DNA of 61,660 bases from Paraburkholderia sp. (GCF_035656215.1 NZ_DASRSY010000318.1:1-61660), one strand, 5' to 3'. Shown: positions 49,353-59,121, numbered from the stretch's first letter. Translations and numbers: made by a program. Notes: generated from the letters alone by a model not told the origin.

Positions 49353-50018
49353 ATGACCCCTCCGCTGCTCCCCGTTATCACTGCCTTTGAACGGTCGCCC
49401 GATCGCGGCAAGGGACTGGCGCGTGACATGCGTGTTCGCTGGGCGCTTGAAGAGGTGGGCCAGCCTTACGAGGTTCGTCTTGTTTCGTTCGCTGCAGTGA
49501 AGGAACCCGCGCATCGAGCGCTTCATCCTTTTGGGCAGATTCCGACCTATCAAGAAGGCGCTCTTGCCCTGTTCGAGTCGGGGGCGATCGTGTTCCATAT
49601 CGCAGAGCGCCATGCAGGCCTGCTACCTGACGACGCGAATGCCCGGGCACGCGCGATCACATGGATGTTTGCCGCGCTCAACACGGTTGAGCCGCCGATC
49701 CTCGATCTCCAGACCACCAGATTCCTGGAGGGCGACAAGCCCTGGTACGAGCAGCGCCTGCCTATCGTCGAGGATCGCATCCGTGACCGGCTGGGCGAGC
49801 TTTCCGATCGCCTTGGCAACGCCGACTGGCTCGATGGTGCATTCAGCGCGGGCGACCTGATGATGGTGGCGGTGCTACTCAGGTTGAAAGCATCGGGTCT
49901 GCTTGACGAATATCCGAACCTTTCCGCCTATGTCGCTCGCGGCGAAGCGCGGCCCGCCTACAAGCGTGCCTTCGCCGCTCAATTGGCGGTTTTCACTGGC
50001 AAGCCACCGACCGCCTGA
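49353..50018 (+). CDS. Glutathione S-transferase family protein
   Basis: RVRWALEE, HPFGQIP, LFESGAI and FSAGDL motifs; AAGGAG RBS. Confidence 0.9.
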   Translation: MTPPLLPVITAFERSPDRGKGLARDMRVRWALEEVGQPYEVRLVSFAAVKEPAHRALHPFGQIPTYQEGALALFESGAIVFHIAERHAGLLPDDANARARAITWMFAALNTVEPPILDLQTTRFLEGDKPWYEQRLPIVEDRIRDRLGELSDRLGNADWLDGAFSAGDLMMVAVLLRLKASGLLDEYPNLSAYVARGEARPAYKRAFAAQLAVFTGKPPTA

Positions 50019-50149
50019 TGAAGGTCAACTCTGAATTGATAGCCGCGCGGGTGGGATGGCGGGCTCACCCGAAGTGATCACGCGCAGGGTCCTCGACGGA
50101 GGCGAACGATTAAGGCGGGTGTACCGTTCGCGATTTTTTCGACGCTGCC

Positions 50150-50176
50150 TGTCCGTCAGCATGAGGCCCGAGCGTC
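50150..50176 (+). promoter_or_regulatory. ECF42-type promoter TGTCCG-N17-CGTC, bracketed by a 12-bp inverted repeat
   Basis: TGTCCG at 50150-55 and CGTC at 50173-76. IR arms TTAAGGCGGGTG (50110-21) and CACCCGCCTTAA (50202-13). Confidence 0.6.
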
Positions 50177-50232
50177 ATTGTAATGGCGGCCCGATGTGAT
50201 TCACCCGCCTTAACCCCATGACGGAGGCTCAT

Positions 50233-50604
50233 ATGCAATACCTATTGATGATCTATTCGGAAGAAAACGGCTGGAACCAGATGACCGAAAGCGAGCGGCA
50301 GCAAGGTGTTGCCGCCTATCAGGCGTACACCGAATCGTTGAAAAAAGCGGAGGTGCTGATGGGCGCCAACCGGCTGCAGCACACGAGCACGGCCACCACG
50401 GTGCGGCTCGTCGACGGCAAGCCGCAGGTGCTTGACGGACCGTTTTCCGATTCAAAGGAGCAGCTCGCCGGCTATTACCTGATCGACGTGCCCAACCTGG
50501 ACGCGGCGATCGCGTGGGCGTCGCGTTGTCCCGGCGCGGCGCACGGCCTCATGGAAGTGCGCCCGGTCTGGACCGCTCCCTACGACGCGCCATCTGCTGC
50601 ATGA
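50233..50604 (+). CDS. YciI/DGPF family protein
   Basis: ATTVR and DGPFSDSKEQLAGYY motifs; GGAGG RBS. Confidence 0.9.
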   Translation: MQYLLMIYSEENGWNQMTESERQQGVAAYQAYTESLKKAEVLMGANRLQHTSTATTVRLVDGKPQVLDGPFSDSKEQLAGYYLIDVPNLDAAIAWASRCPGAAHGLMEVRPVWTAPYDAPSAA

Positions 50605-51869
50605 GTCTGTCCGGCGGCGGCCGTGACGCCGACGGCGCCGCGCATTCGATTGCCGAGGTGGTCGCTCGCCGCAGTTACGGCAAGCTCGTCGCGCTGTTGG
50701 CGATGCGCACGCGCGACGTCGCCGCTGCCGAGGACGCGCTGGCCGACGCGTTTTCGGCCGCGCTCGCGGACTGGCCGAAGCGCGGCTGCCCCGCGAATCC
50801 CGAAGCGTGGCTGATGACGGTTGCGCGCCGCCGGGCGCTCGATGGCGTGCGTCATCGCCGTGTCGGCGACGAAGTGGTGAACCAGCTCGCGATTCTCGCC
50901 GACGAGATCGACGAGCGTGAAGCAGGCATGTTGCCCGACCGGCGGCTTGCGTTGCTGTTCGCGTGCACGCACCCTGCGCTTGAGGCCGCGATTCGCACGC
51001 CGCTAATGCTGCAGGTGGTGCTGGGGCTCGAAGCGAAGACGATTGCGTCCGCGTTCCTGATGTCGCCCGCCGCGATGAGCAAGCGCCTCGTGCGAGCGAA
51101 GAACAAAATCCGCGAAGCGGGCATTCCGTTCAGCGTGCCAGAGCGCGAGGAGTTGCCCGGTCGGCTCGCTGCGGTGCTGGAAGCGGTCTATGCGGCGTAT
51201 GCGGAAGGGTGGACCGATCCGGTCGGCGGCGATACCGAGCGGCGCGATCTCGCCGGCGAGGCGCTGTTTCTTGCCCAACTGCTCGTCGACCTGCTGCCCG
51301 AGGAGCCAGAGACGCTGGGTTTGCTCGCGCTGATGCTGTATGCGCAGGCGCGGTGCGATGCGCGACGCGATGCGGCCGGCGACTACGTGCCGCTGTCGGC
51401 TCAGGATCCGGCGACATGGAACGCGCCGATGATCGACGCAGCCAACGCATTGCTGCGGCGCGCAAGCGCATTCAACGCAATCGGACGCTTTCAGCTGGAG
51501 GCCGCATTGCAGTCGGCGCACGTCTACCGCTGCCTGACGCATCGCCCGAACTGGGACGAGATCGTGCAGCTCTACGATGCGCTGCTCGCGATTGCAGCGT
51601 CGCCGGTGGTCGCGGTGAACCGCGCGCTCGCGCAGGCGGAACGGGACGGCCCGCAGGCGGCGCTCGACGCGCTCCAGCCGTATGCGGACGATCCGCGGCT
51701 GGCCGACTACCAGCCGTACTGGGCCGCGCGCGCCGATCTGCTCGCGCGTGCCGGCGCGACGGCCGAAGCGCTCGGTGCGTACGATCTCGCGATCGGACTC
51801 GAGCGTGATCCGGCCGTGCGCCGGTTCCTGCAGCGCAAACGCATCGAGCTGTCACCGGCGAGCAGTTAG
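50601..51869 (+). CDS. ECF sigma factor with C-terminal TPR extension (ECF42-type)
   Basis: AEDALADAF, NPEAWL, LLFACTHP, KRLVRAK, GRFQLEAA and SPVVAVNRA motifs; ATGA overlap with the yciI-family gene. Confidence 0.88.
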   Translation: MSLSGGGRDADGAAHSIAEVVARRSYGKLVALLAMRTRDVAAAEDALADAFSAALADWPKRGCPANPEAWLMTVARRRALDGVRHRRVGDEVVNQLAILADEIDEREAGMLPDRRLALLFACTHPALEAAIRTPLMLQVVLGLEAKTIASAFLMSPAAMSKRLVRAKNKIREAGIPFSVPEREELPGRLAAVLEAVYAAYAEGWTDPVGGDTERRDLAGEALFLAQLLVDLLPEEPETLGLLALMLYAQARCDARRDAAGDYVPLSAQDPATWNAPMIDAANALLRRASAFNAIGRFQLEAALQSAHVYRCLTHRPNWDEIVQLYDALLAIAASPVVAVNRALAQAERDGPQAALDALQPYADDPRLADYQPYWAARADLLARAGATAEALGAYDLAIGLERDPAVRRFLQRKRIELSPASS

Positions 51870-52676
51870 CTTGGCGCCTTGCGTTTGCTACGCGAGGTGC
51901 AAGCCGCGCGCTAACGCGGCTCAGACTCCGCGCCGCGCTGCGCGGTCCGGACCGTTCCCACCGGAATTGGGTTGAGTCCGTATGATTCCAACGTCCGTTT
52001 GGTAGAACGTTCATCGAACTAGTGCTATCGGCCAGTTGGGGCCATTCGACACAAGCGCCTGGATCGTTGGCAATCCGAGTCGGGTTAGCGACGTGGGCGA
52101 GTTCGTTAGCAAGTTTGCTCACCGGCCCCCGCTCCAGCGGCTGTTAGCTATCCGCAGCCCGATCAGTTTCCTCGCGGGTCACGTAGCATCCACCGCGCAT
52201 TGCCGAACCACACCGGCCTTGGATTGGGGACCAGGGAGGTCGCCCCGAAAATCGAAATTCATCGTTGCGAACAATGCGCTTAATTATCAGCGACCATTTT
52301 CCTAAGCTTTGTATTAACTGCGACGGGCTCGATCCCGCGCTGTCGGCGCACTGTATGTCGTCAATACTTGTGCAGCACCGGCCTGAGAAGCCTTATCGCG
52401 CGTCGCTTGAGCTGATTGAGACGTAGAGGACATCGTGGGCCTAAACGAGGTGCCGGTCACCCAAGTAGGCTTTAGGCGGGCGTAGATTCTTTCCAGGAAT
52501 AAAGTACGTGTCTCGTTGCCAGCCCTGAGCGGCGATCTGTGGTTTGCTTCACGTGCACCACTGCGAACGGTCGCGCGAGTTTGATCGCCACGAGCCTAGC
52601 GTACAACGACCGCTATGGAGAAATACGAATGGATGGTTTGCATCGAAATTCCAGTCCAATCAAGGAGGGGCGGGTC

Positions 52677-52970
52677 ATGAACAAGGTAACCAGCACATTA
52701 ATCGCGGCCGTCGCTGCACTCACGCTGTCGGGCGGCGCTTATGCACAGAGCAACAACACGCTGGCGACTCCGTCCACCGTGTCGCCGGCCAATGCAACGA
52801 GCGGCTACGGCACGCCTGGCGTCACCAACTCGGACAGCGGCATGGGCGCCGTGTCGCCGAACTCGCGCCTGCCGAATAGCACGAACAATAGCTCGACGTC
52901 TCTTACCAACGCTCCCGGGAGTCACAACACGCTGGCGACCCCGACCACCGTGTCGCCGGCTGCCCAATAA
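52677..52970 (+). CDS. Small secreted Ser/Thr/Asn-rich protein with terminal repeats
   Basis: Signal peptide ending AYA; AAGGAGG RBS; 36-bp repeats at 52754-89 and 52925-60 (34/36 identical). Confidence 0.75.
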   Translation: MNKVTSTLIAAVAALTLSGGAYAQSNNTLATPSTVSPANATSGYGTPGVTNSDSGMGAVSPNSRLPNSTNNSSTSLTNAPGSHNTLATPTTVSPAAQ

Positions 52971-53356
52971 CAGCAAAAGCGGTCGAATTCTTCGCCGCAA
53001 TACATGAATTGGCCATGCGGCCAGCGGTTCGACGCGCTGCAGCCAATGGGTCCGCCCCCCACAAGTAACCTTTGACGGAACAGTCCGTCATCGCGCGGGC
53101 TGCGTATTGACGCACAATTTACTTCCTTGAGCCGCTTTCCAGGTCGCCGAGTTGATTATTGAAGCATCTTCCAGGCATTAGGTCGTCCCGATCTTGCCAG
53201 GGTCGAATTCGATTCTGCGCGGGAGAAAGCAGAGCGGAATGAAAGATTCGCCCGTCCGCCATTGGCCCGGTGTATTGCCGCGACGCGCCTGCATCGAACC
53301 GCGTCCAGAATGATCAATGAGGCGGCGCACTGTCTCTTCTTCTGGTCGTCGAACGT

Positions 53357-53920
53357 CTAGGCGAGCAGCAGCAAGGCATCCGCGAGCGACAGCACCGTGG
53401 TGCGCGAATCGAATGCGGTGGAGAACAGATGCTCATGTACCACCTGATCCGGGTCGTAACAGCAATCTTTGACCGTGTACAGGCGGAAGTCCGCGTCGCT
53501 CGCATACGCGACCGACGACAGCACGACACCGGTCGACGCAATACCGACCATAATCAGCGAATCGACACCTTGTGCGGAAAGTCGTGCCTGCAGATCGGTG
53601 CCGAAGAACACGCTGGCGCGATGCGCGAGGATGACCGGTTCACTGGCCTGCCGGCCCAACTCCGGCGCGCTCCAGTCGTCGACGAAGAGGCCAAGTTGCT
53701 TGATCCCCTGCCCATTCTTGTTCAACGGGCTGACTTCCGGATAGCCCGGACTGAACCGGAGGTTGGCGAAATAGACGCTGACGCCTTTGGCCCGCGCCGC
53801 GTCGCATAGCTTGCGCGTATTGGCGAGCAACGCCGACGCGACCGATGGAAAGAGCCCGAGAATGTCGGTCTGATAATGCATGACGACAAGCGCGGTTTGC
53901 GCCGGCGCGATTGCCTCCAT
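53357..53920 (-). CDS. Isochorismatase-like (cysteine hydrolase fold) protein
   Basis: TALVVMHYQ, ASVFFGTDL, GIASTGVVLSS and DCCYD motifs. Confidence 0.85.
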   Translation of the reverse strand: MEAIAPAQTALVVMHYQTDILGLFPSVASALLANTRKLCDAARAKGVSVYFANLRFSPGYPEVSPLNKNGQGIKQLGLFVDDWSAPELGRQASEPVILAHRASVFFGTDLQARLSAQGVDSLIMVGIASTGVVLSSVAYASDADFRLYTVKDCCYDPDQVVHEHLFSTAFDSRTTVLSLADALLLLA

Positions 53921-54041
53921 TTACCTATCTCCTTTACTTCGACACGCGGTTCATATTCACAACCAGAGAACGTCGAACGCGCCGAAGCATCTGTTGTCAG
54001 AACGACGCTTCGCTACCGGGGAAATAATACTTCACATCAGC

Positions 54042-54176
54042 TTAAGAAACGACGACTGTAAATTCGACCCCCGATTCAAAGTCCAGCGTCGTGCTTGAAA
54101 AGCGCGGATTGCCGTCAAGGTACTCCTTGTATGGCCGAACGGCGTCCTCGGCGGTGTACATGTTGTCGGCGAGAAC
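54042..54176 (-). pseudogene. 3' remnant of a probable O-methyltransferase gene
   Basis: Reads VLADNMYTAEDAVRPYKEYLDGNPRFSSTTLDFESGVEFTVVVS* (ADN motif and terminal beta-hairpin of class I O-MTases). No 5' part. Confidence 0.5.
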
Positions 54177-54299
54177 GTGGCTCTGTCGGTGAAGCCGCCG
54201 CAGAAGCATTGTGGCAGTCAATGTCATACGCTCTCCGAGTAACATGAGTTATCCTGACGAAATGTCAAAAATCACACCGATACCGCGCTCCACGCGTAC

Positions 54300-54608
54300 T
54301 CAATCTTCCGCGGGCCGAGTCGGACGTGACCCTCTCGCCGCCTGGAAGCGTTCCCGTTCTTCTGGCGTCATGGCGTCCCATTTGCGCCAATGCCGTCGCC
54401 CGCGCCAGCCACCGTGTCCGCGGAATCCGCCAAACAGGATGCGGCTCAAAACCAGCAAGCCAAGTGCATGCGCGAAGTCGATCGTACGGGCGCCAACGAA
54501 TAACGCCGGCATCACCCAGTTCCATAGCGTCGTGACCGCGCACCCGAGCACGGCTATGCCGACCACCACAAGCAGCACTTTGCCTGCACATCTGATTCGA
54601 TAATTCAT
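54300..54608 (-). CDS. Small membrane protein downstream of ECF sigma
   Basis: LWNWVMPALF, ALGLLVLSRILFGG and MTPEERERF motifs; GGAG RBS. Confidence 0.8.
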   Translation of the reverse strand: MNYRIRCAGKVLLVVVGIAVLGCAVTTLWNWVMPALFVGARTIDFAHALGLLVLSRILFGGFRGHGGWRGRRHWRKWDAMTPEERERFQAARGSRPTRPAED

Positions 54609-54620
54609 CCGTCAACTCCT

Positions 54621-55202
54621 CTAAATATCCAGTTCGTCATAAATGGCCTGCAGTCGGGCACGCAGATGCAAGACCGCATAGCGTTTGCGCGCAAGCAGCG
54701 TATTGAGTGTGATGCCGCTTTCCGCCGCCATATCTTTGAAGGACCGCCCCTCCAACTCGTGCGCGATAAACACTTCACGCTGATTGGGCGGTAACTCATC
54801 GAGCGCATCCTGCAAGGCCTTGAGCAATACAGTGCGAGCGTAGAGCGCTTCGGGACCTGCATCGTGCGCCGGTAGCGCAAGATCGAGGCGAAACTCACTG
54901 TCGGCGTCATCCCCATCCTGGGACAGGTCCGGCAGCGGCTCCTCTTTCTTCTTGCGAAAACGGTCGATGATGCGGTTGCGTGCGGCACGGAACAGCCACG
55001 CGCTCGCTTGTTCAATCGGAGCGGGAAGGCGGTAAGCCTGCACGAATTCGTGAAAAACATCCTGCAGGATGTCTTCGGCGTCGTTTGGATCGCGTATGCG
55101 ACGCCGGATAAAATTGACGAGCTTCGTGCGCTCGCGCACCACGGTCGCGGTGATGTCGCTGTCTCGATCGGTCATCGTGTCCGGGGTGGGTGGCGGTTCC
55201 AT
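54621..55202 (-). CDS. ECF RNA polymerase sigma factor
   Basis: DAEDILQDVF, WLFRAARNRIID, LPPNQREVF and TLLARKRYA motifs. CACAAT...CGTCTT promoter-like motif just upstream. Confidence 0.9.
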   Translation of the reverse strand: MEPPPTPDTMTDRDSDITATVVRERTKLVNFIRRRIRDPNDAEDILQDVFHEFVQAYRLPAPIEQASAWLFRAARNRIIDRFRKKKEEPLPDLSQDGDDADSEFRLDLALPAHDAGPEALYARTVLLKALQDALDELPPNQREVFIAHELEGRSFKDMAAESGITLNTLLARKRYAVLHLRARLQAIYDELDI

Positions 55203-55511
55203 GCGTCTGAAGACGTTTCAGGAATGGGAATATTGTGGGCCGCTTTAAAAAAAGCTGCGTCTGCCGCAGATCGCCGCTTTACGCACAACGGGAGACAATG
55301 CCCCATGCATGAGGCAGCACGCGGCCAACAGGAGAGACGCTCAAGCTTCGCTCAAAACCGCAATTCACGTCCGTATGCAAAGTCGCAGTGCCGCTTGTAA
55401 AGGCGCAATGAGTTGCATATGTTCATATGGGGTCACCGATCACGGATTTCTGGAAATCTGGCTGACCGGGCATTCACGTGAATGATCACTACATTCAGGA
55501 GAGCATCAGTC

Positions 55512-57443
55512 ATGGTCGAAAAAAAACGAATTCATGCTGTGCTTCTCGCCGCGGCGATCGCCATGATTGCGCCGGCCTGTCAGGCGCAAAACACCACCGA
55601 CTGGCTGGCGAACACCTATGGCACCCTCGCTGCCCACGTGGGTAACACCGCGCGTTCCATGTGGGTCGCGCCCGACGGCGTCATCTATACGGCCTCTATG
55701 TGGGACGAGTACGAGGGTGGCGTCGCAATCTACCAGAACGGCAAGAGCGTTGGCTCGATCGGCGCGCACGGCGAGTTTCAGGGCAGCGCGATCACGGGCA
55801 ACGCGACGTCGATCTTCGTGGCACTGCAGCCCGGCAGCTCGTACGGAAGCGGTGCGGTGGGACGATACAACCGCACCACCAGGACTCGCGATCTTTTGGT
55901 TCAGGTCAGTGCGTTGAGCAACCAGCCTCGGGTGGACGTCGTCACCGGACTCGCCACGGCGGGCTCGCTCCTCTATGCGAGCGATTTCTATGGCAATCGC
56001 GTCCGGATCTTCACGACCGGCGGTGTCTGGCAGCGGGACATCAACGTCTCGGGCCCGGGTGCGCTTGCACTGGATGGCGCAGGCAACGTCTGGGTCGCAC
56101 AGAAGAGTGAGGGCACGATCGTCGGGTTCAGTCCAACCGGCGCTCTGCTGAACACTATCCGGATGCCAGGCGGATCGCAGCCGTCGGCGCTCTATTTCGA
56201 TGCATCGTCGGGGCAGCTCATGGTCGGGGACGAGGGCCCCGACATGAACGTCAAGCGCTACAAGCTCTCGGGCACGCCGACGCTGGCCGGTACATTCGGC
56301 ATTCAGGGTGGTTATCTCGACGCCACGACGGGAATCAAAGGCCAGGTCGGCGCGAAGCGCTTCACCCGCGTCACTGGCATCGGCAAGGACACCGGAGGCA
56401 ACCTCTACGTGCTCAACAACCCGTGGGGTGGCAGTTGGGACCTCGGCCGCGACGGCGGCACCGACATTCATGCGTATAACAGCGCCGGCAACCTGCGGTG
56501 GACGCTTCAGTCCCTCAACTTCGAGGGCGTCGCCGCCCCGGACCCGGCCACGGATGGTGCCTTGTTCTATGGCGGCACCAACATCTACGCCGGCAGCGCT
56601 GGGGGCACCTTCGTCGCGAACACTGTCGATCCCTTCGCCTACCCGTCGGACCCGCGCATTAACATCAACGATCGCGCACGGGATGAGCACTTCGGTCAAC
56701 TTGCCGTCGTCGGCGCCAACCGGATCCTCGTGGCGTTCAGCCAGAATCCCGATACGTTCTACTTCTTCCACTTCAATGCTGCGAATGGCTACATCGCAAT
56801 ACCGGACGCTACGCTTCCCGGTACGGCGTTCAATACGACCGCACTGGTCAGGAACGGATTCAGCATCGACAGCAAGGGCGGCGTGTGGGCCGGTCTGGAC
56901 AAGACCGGTTACATCTACCACTACCCGCTGACCGGCTTCGACGCCAGCGGCAAGCCAACCTGGGGACCCGCTATCCGCATCCGCATTCCCGCGAGCATTC
57001 AGCCGTTGACGCGCATCGTCTACCTCGCGGACAGCGACACCATGATTCTCGGACAGGGCATCGTCGGGAGTACGGACTGGACGTCGATAGGCACGCGCAT
57101 CGAGGTATATCACGGCTGGAACGCGGGCAACACCACGAAACCCAATCCGGTGATTAACCTCACCCACGCCGGCGCCAAGTCGATTGACGCGGCCGGCAGC
57201 TATCTCTTCGTCGGCTACTGGTTCGGCAGCGGGCAAGCTTTGCCGAACATCGACGCCTTCAATCTCGCTACAGGTAACCTCGACGCCACGCTGGTCAACA
57301 CCAGTACCGCTATCGTGGACGCCAGCAGCGCGATCGATTCGATGTACGGCATCAGGGCATACCTTCGATCGACAGGCGAGTACGTGGTTACGAAGAACAA
57401 CGTCAAGGGGTCCAGCATCACCGCTTATCGCTGGACCCCCTGA
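55512..57443 (+). CDS. Secreted NHL/SMP-30-like beta-propeller protein
   Basis: Signal peptide; repeated PGALALDGAGNVWVA / PSALYFD / GIGKDTGGNLYV blades. Confidence 0.75.
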   Translation: MVEKKRIHAVLLAAAIAMIAPACQAQNTTDWLANTYGTLAAHVGNTARSMWVAPDGVIYTASMWDEYEGGVAIYQNGKSVGSIGAHGEFQGSAITGNATSIFVALQPGSSYGSGAVGRYNRTTRTRDLLVQVSALSNQPRVDVVTGLATAGSLLYASDFYGNRVRIFTTGGVWQRDINVSGPGALALDGAGNVWVAQKSEGTIVGFSPTGALLNTIRMPGGSQPSALYFDASSGQLMVGDEGPDMNVKRYKLSGTPTLAGTFGIQGGYLDATTGIKGQVGAKRFTRVTGIGKDTGGNLYVLNNPWGGSWDLGRDGGTDIHAYNSAGNLRWTLQSLNFEGVAAPDPATDGALFYGGTNIYAGSAGGTFVANTVDPFAYPSDPRININDRARDEHFGQLAVVGANRILVAFSQNPDTFYFFHFNAANGYIAIPDATLPGTAFNTTALVRNGFSIDSKGGVWAGLDKTGYIYHYPLTGFDASGKPTWGPAIRIRIPASIQPLTRIVYLADSDTMILGQGIVGSTDWTSIGTRIEVYHGWNAGNTTKPNPVINLTHAGAKSIDAAGSYLFVGYWFGSGQALPNIDAFNLATGNLDATLVNTSTAIVDASSAIDSMYGIRAYLRSTGEYVVTKNNVKGSSITAYRWTP

Positions 57444-57501
57444 TCGTGCGTTTCGTCATCATCCAATCCGACCCGCCGGACCATGACCCACATCGGAAAG
57501 A

Positions 57502-58623
57502 CTAGTGGGTCGAGAACACGGAGATTCCGCCGTTGGGGAATCCTGCCGCGCCGGGCTGGAACGGCACATACACTTGCCCAAGCGTGCTGTCGATGGCGAC
57601 AGAGTGCGCGCCTGTGCCCACCGGAATCTTAAAGAGTAACTGCCGTGACGTGCCATCGATTACGCCCATCTGCGGGCTAAATCCCGACGCTGCAGCGATA
57701 CCGCTCGTGACGTAGTGCCGGGCCGGAAGGAAATAGCGGTTGGAAGCCGGATCGTAATTGGCCTGGTCCACCCCGCCAAATGGCAGGCTGGCTTGAATCG
57801 CGCCACTCGTACGATCGAGGATCAGCGTGATGAGCGGGTCGCCCGCCGGCGGATCGCATGCAACGAGTACGTCGTTGTTCGGGCCAAGCACGATTCCCGC
57901 CGGTCCGCACTTCCCTAATGGAAACGATTTGCTGACAGAAGGACTTCCCGCTACCGCGGAGCTGGCGGTGATGACATCGAGCTCGCCATCGGGATTGGCA
58001 GAAGTCCCGTCGTTGTTGATCAAAAAGCTCTTCGAGGCAGGATCATATGTGCACGCTTCGAGCCCCGACGAGCCGTTGAAAGGAAGCTTTGCCACCGCCG
58101 TTTGTGTCAGCGTGGAAATCAACGTGACGAACGGCGGCGAGTCTCCGGGGCTTGCGAACATCACAAGGTGATCGTCAGGATCGTAGCAACCCTCATCGAC
58201 GCGCGATCCGGAATTGCTGATGACGATTGTGTTGACCGTCTTTTGCGCAGTTGTATCGATCACCTTAACTGAGTCGACGTCGCCGACATAGATCGTGTTC
58301 GTGCCGGTGATACTTACAATTCCGTCGGGACCGGACTCGTCTGTCGTGGCGCCGGCACCGGTGAATGGCCCCGGGATCTGTGCGATCAACGTGTTCGATC
58401 TGGTGTCCACGACATCGACTGCTTTGTTATTGCGGTCGGCGAGAAAGTACTTGCCGGCCTCGACATAGCCGATGTCGAAACTGAATGGTGGGCTTGAAGC
58501 ATTGGGCACGGCGATGTTCGTCAGTAGCTTTGGCGGTGTCGGTGCGCTGACGTTATCTCCACCTCCGCAGCCGGCCAATGCGGCCGCAGCGAGCAACATC
58601 AAGGTCATCATGCGCTTTTCCAT
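57502..58623 (-). CDS. Beta-propeller lipoprotein (YncE-like)
   Basis: Lipobox LAGC; DRNNKAVDVVD, GPDG, YDP and AHSVAID blades; AAAGGAG RBS. Confidence 0.75.
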   Translation of the reverse strand: MEKRMMTLMLLAAAALAGCGGGDNVSAPTPPKLLTNIAVPNASSPPFSFDIGYVEAGKYFLADRNNKAVDVVDTRSNTLIAQIPGPFTGAGATTDESGPDGIVSITGTNTIYVGDVDSVKVIDTTAQKTVNTIVISNSGSRVDEGCYDPDDHLVMFASPGDSPPFVTLISTLTQTAVAKLPFNGSSGLEACTYDPASKSFLINNDGTSANPDGELDVITASSAVAGSPSVSKSFPLGKCGPAGIVLGPNNDVLVACDPPAGDPLITLILDRTSGAIQASLPFGGVDQANYDPASNRYFLPARHYVTSGIAAASGFSPQMGVIDGTSRQLLFKIPVGTGAHSVAIDSTLGQVYVPFQPGAAGFPNGGISVFSTH

Positions 58624-58722
58624 CGATTCGTCTCCTTTCCGTCTATTGGTCTGACCGCCGGTCCAGGGATCGGTGTGAGTACTGAAATTTATCCAGTCCT
58701 GAACGACGACGATCAACGAGCA

Positions 58723-58745
58723 ATTCCTTAAGGAATCTTAAGAAA
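58723..58745. promoter_or_regulatory. Candidate regulator-binding site
   Basis: Perfect palindrome ATTCCTTAAGGAAT, with CTTAAG direct repeats 10 bp apart, ~100 bp upstream of the lipoprotein gene. Confidence 0.4.
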
Positions 58746-58927
58746 TGCTCGTCTGAAGAGATAGCCACGTTTCCCATGGATGCGGCCGCGCAGCGCATGA
58801 ATTGTGGCTATAGACTGGCTGTCTGGCTCACACAATGGCGGCGCGACGGAAAATCGGAAAGTAAAACTTATTTATGGTCTGCATTACGTGAACGCTATAC
58901 CCGTAATGAATCTGAAGCTTCCATAGA

Positions 58928-58984
58928 CGTGGTGGCTACGTCTGCGTGCCCGAGCAACTCCTGCACCGTGCGGACGTCATACCC
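58928..58984 (-). pseudogene. Integron-integrase-like (tyrosine recombinase box II) fragment
   Basis: Translates GYDVRTVQELLGHADVATT, closely matching the IntI motif GYDIRTVQELLGHxDVxTT. Confidence 0.7.
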
Positions 58985-59024
58985 GAAAGCCACCGGTGGC
59001 TACGTGAGCGGCCTCGCGAGGCCA

Positions 59025-59054
59025 GGCCGTCTCTCGTGTCAAACGTTGAGCGTC
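59025..59054 (+). mobile_element. attC-like right half-site
   Basis: GGCCGTCTCTCGTGTCAAAC followed by GTTGAGC (59045-51), which fits GTTRRRY. No left RYYYAAC arm found. Confidence 0.45.
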
Positions 59055-59121
59055 CGTTAGTCGGCGGTCTGCTGGACTCGCTGTCAATTTTTGCCGGTAT
59101 TGATGAAATTAGGTTTATTCA

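Noticed and set aside
55506-57236. Long antisense ORFs (this one, 42677-43774, 20332-21291 and similar)
   Set aside because: Shadow frames of GC-rich genes on the opposite strand, with no recognisable motifs or RBS.
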